Positions 62,145 through 64,000 of a stretch of DNA of 64,000 nucleotides are shown piece after piece. The translations under genes were made by a program, and so were the position numbers. The notes beneath the pieces were generated by a model. It saw only the letters and a program-made list of their open reading frames with translations, searched no databases and was not told the origin of the DNA. The first letter of the stretch is position 1, and each line of letters opens with the position of its first letter. This DNA comes from Polyangiales bacterium (GTDB lineage: Bacteria > Myxococcota_A > Polyangia > Polyangiales > JADJQN01). The stretch is from contig CAXNJO010000006.1 of assembly GCA_964202905.1 (NCBI GenBank), forward strand, positions 288,001-352,000, given 5' to 3'.

Positions 62145-64000
62145 GGGGGCGCTGCCGCCTCGTGCGCGCGCACCCAGGCCGCGAAGCGCTCGGCCGCCGC
62201 CATGAAGCCGCCGTCCGCGTCGTCGCACACGGTCTCGGCGCCGTGGATGACGCGCACGTGCGCGTCGAGCGCGATGGGCCCCGTGAACGCGGGCCGCGCG
62301 CGCTGCGCGTCCACCGCGGCGCGGGCCTCGGCGAGCGCGTCGTCGACCGAGCGGTTGCACGCGGCCACGAGCGCGTCCGCCGAGAGCGGGCTCCCCGTCA
62401 GCGCGCGCAGCGTCTCGTCGAAGGTCGCCGCGTTGCCGGGCGCCCAGTAGGCGCGGGCGAGGTCGGGGCCGATGCGCGGGTTGTCGGTGAGGTGGCCGTC
62501 GCGGGCGAGGAAGAACGCGCGCGTCTGGTACACGGCCATCTCGGCGAGCACGTAGCCGTGGTAGTAGGCGCTCGACTCGCCCGAGAGCAGGTGCGGCACC
62601 GCGAGCACGGGCCGCACGCCCGCCTCGAGGCCCTGCAGGTCCTGCTCGGTGCGGCGCACGGTCGCGAGCACGCGCTCGGGCGTGAGCTCGGCGTCCGGGA
62701 GCTCGTAGATCGCGCGCTCCGCGAAGGGCACCGTCATCAGCATGCGGACGTCCCAGCCCCGCAGCGGCTGCGACTCGCGCACGCCGGCTTCGATGAGCGA
62801 GAGCGGCATCGGCCGCCCTGCGGCGTCGCGCGCGTAGCGGACGCGCCAGTCGGCGTCGCCGAGCAGCGAGTCCATGAACATCGACTGGGTCTCGGCGTAC
62901 GCGACGCTCGTCGGCGCGAATTCCTGCGAAAAACAGGGCGCATCGGAGAGGATGTTCGAGAAGTGCGCGGCGTGACCACCCTCATGGAAGAGGGTCTCGG
63001 TGGCGCGGAGGCCCGAGCCGATCGCGGCGGGCACCGCGTTCGCCGTGAAGTTGATGCGCGCCGGGCGCCAGGTGCCGTCCTCGAAGAAGGCCGGCCCCGG
63101 CCCGTGCATGAAGCCGTTCTCGTACTTGCCCGCGCGATCGAGCAGATCGAGCGTGAGCGTCGCGCCGCGGTACGACACGCTGAGCGCCGCGAACGAGCGC
63201 CCCCAGCGCGCGAGCGAGTCGTCGAAGCGGAAGTACGGATCGAGCTCGCGGGAGAGGTCGCCGGCGCGCAGGAAGCCGAAGTTCCAGGGGGCGAGCGCGC
63301 TCGAGGTCCTGCCCGCGTGCGTCTCGGCGAAGCCCGCGAGCGCGGCGCGCGTGCCCGCGGCGGTGCGCGCGGCGAGGTCGCCGAGGACGCGGAAGAGGTC
63401 GCGCTTGCGCAGCCGCTCGACGACGCTCGTGCGCCAGTCGTAGTAGTCCTCGTAGCCGAGCATGCGGCCGAGGGCGTTGCGCATCCGTACGACCTCGAGA
63501 AAACCGTGCTCGAGCACGAAGGTCTCGACGGAGCGCAGGCCCTCGAAGGCCGCGCGGCGCCGCGCTTCGTCCGGGTCGGTGCGCATCATCAGCGCGAGCT
63601 TGTTGCTGCCCGCGGGGACGAGCGCGCCCGTCGCCGGGTCGACGTAGCCGAGCCGCATCGCGCCCCGCGCCCGGGCGAGCGCGGCCTCCGCCTCGACGAT
63701 GCGCTCCGAGAGCGCGCGCGCGGCCGGATCTTCGATGGTGTGCGCGGCAAAGAGCGCGATCCAACCGCGCAGCGTGCGGCCCTCGGGCGAGTCGGGCGGC
63801 GCGTCCGGCTCGAGCGCGCGGAGCCGCGTGAGCGTCGCCGGGTCCTGGAGGAAGCGGTTGAGCGCGATCTCCGCGTCCGCGGCCGTGCGGCTGACGGCGT
63901 CCGCGTCGGGCGCGAGGCCCATCTTGGCGCTCCAGAAGAGGTCTTCCTTGGCTTCGTGGAGCGCGAGGTAGCGGTCGCGCAGATCGCGCAGGACGGGGGC
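62141..64000 (-). CDS. M3 family oligopeptidase; 5' end runs off window
   Basis: Frame open to the window edge (APVLRDLRDRYLALHEAKEDLFW); RAGKYENGFMH, TLFHEGGHAAH (HExxH), AETQSM, YYHGYVLA. Confidence 0.92.
   Translation of the reverse strand, partial: APVLRDLRDRYLALHEAKEDLFWSAKMGLAPDADAVSRTAADAEIALNRFLQDPATLTRLRALEPDAPPDSPEGRTLRGWIALFAAHTIEDPAARALSERIVEAEAALARARGAMRLGYVDPATGALVPAGSNKLALMMRTDPDEARRRAAFEGLRSVETFVLEHGFLEVVRMRNALGRMLGYEDYYDWRTSVVERLRKRDLFRVLGDLAARTAAGTRAALAGFAETHAGRTSSALAPWNFGFLRAGDLSRELDPYFRFDDSLARWGRSFAALSVSYRGATLTLDLLDRAGKYENGFMHGPGPAFFEDGTWRPARINFTANAVPAAIGSGLRATETLFHEGGHAAHFSNILSDAPCFSQEFAPTSVAYAETQSMFMDSLLGDADWRVRYARDAAGRPMPLSLIEAGVRESQPLRGWDVRMLMTVPFAERAIYELPDAELTPERVLATVRRTEQDLQGLEAGVRPVLAVPHLLSGESSAYYHGYVLAEMAVYQTRAFFLARDGHLTDNPRIGPDLARAYWAPGNAATFDETLRALTGSPLSADALVAACNRSVDDALAEARAAVDAQRARPAFTGPIALDAHVRVIHGAETVCDDADGGFMAAAERFAAWVRAHEAAAPP

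Overview
Very GC-rich (roughly 75% by eye) bacterial chromosomal DNA. Gene content points to Myxococcota, probably Polyangia/Sandaracinaceae-like (inference): Cys-rich and FG-GAP lipoproteins with DAG/DLG linkers, a TPR-sigma54 activator and extensin-like domains. About 44 real genes are present; most other long ORFs in the track are Arg/Ala-rich shadow ORFs. Housekeeping or metabolic genes are phoD (partial), deoC with two ALDH genes, gatCAB-mtnA, a Cu(I) P1B-ATPase, a porin plus polar amino-acid ABC importer, fabH-like, argH-lysA, an ArsS-like radical SAM, an L,D-transpeptidase, patatin and an M3 peptidase (partial). I saw no rRNA, tRNA, CRISPR array, transposase or integrase. Several genes carry small indels, mostly in G/C runs, which look like long-read assembly errors. 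The best candidate for an undescribed system is a STAND-NTPase/TPR/sigma54-activator gene overlapping a small lipoprotein gene with three synonymously diverged copies of GDPSPQPS, followed by a multi-TM GAF histidine kinase (possible peptide signalling cassette). Other notable items are a YbjN-like plus Lon-protease/TPR pair, a P1B-ATPase lacking its catalytic motifs, an M48 peptidase coupled to a GTPase-less dynamin-like stalk, an alpha/beta-hydrolase-extensin fusion, and two intergenic hairpin tandem arrays.
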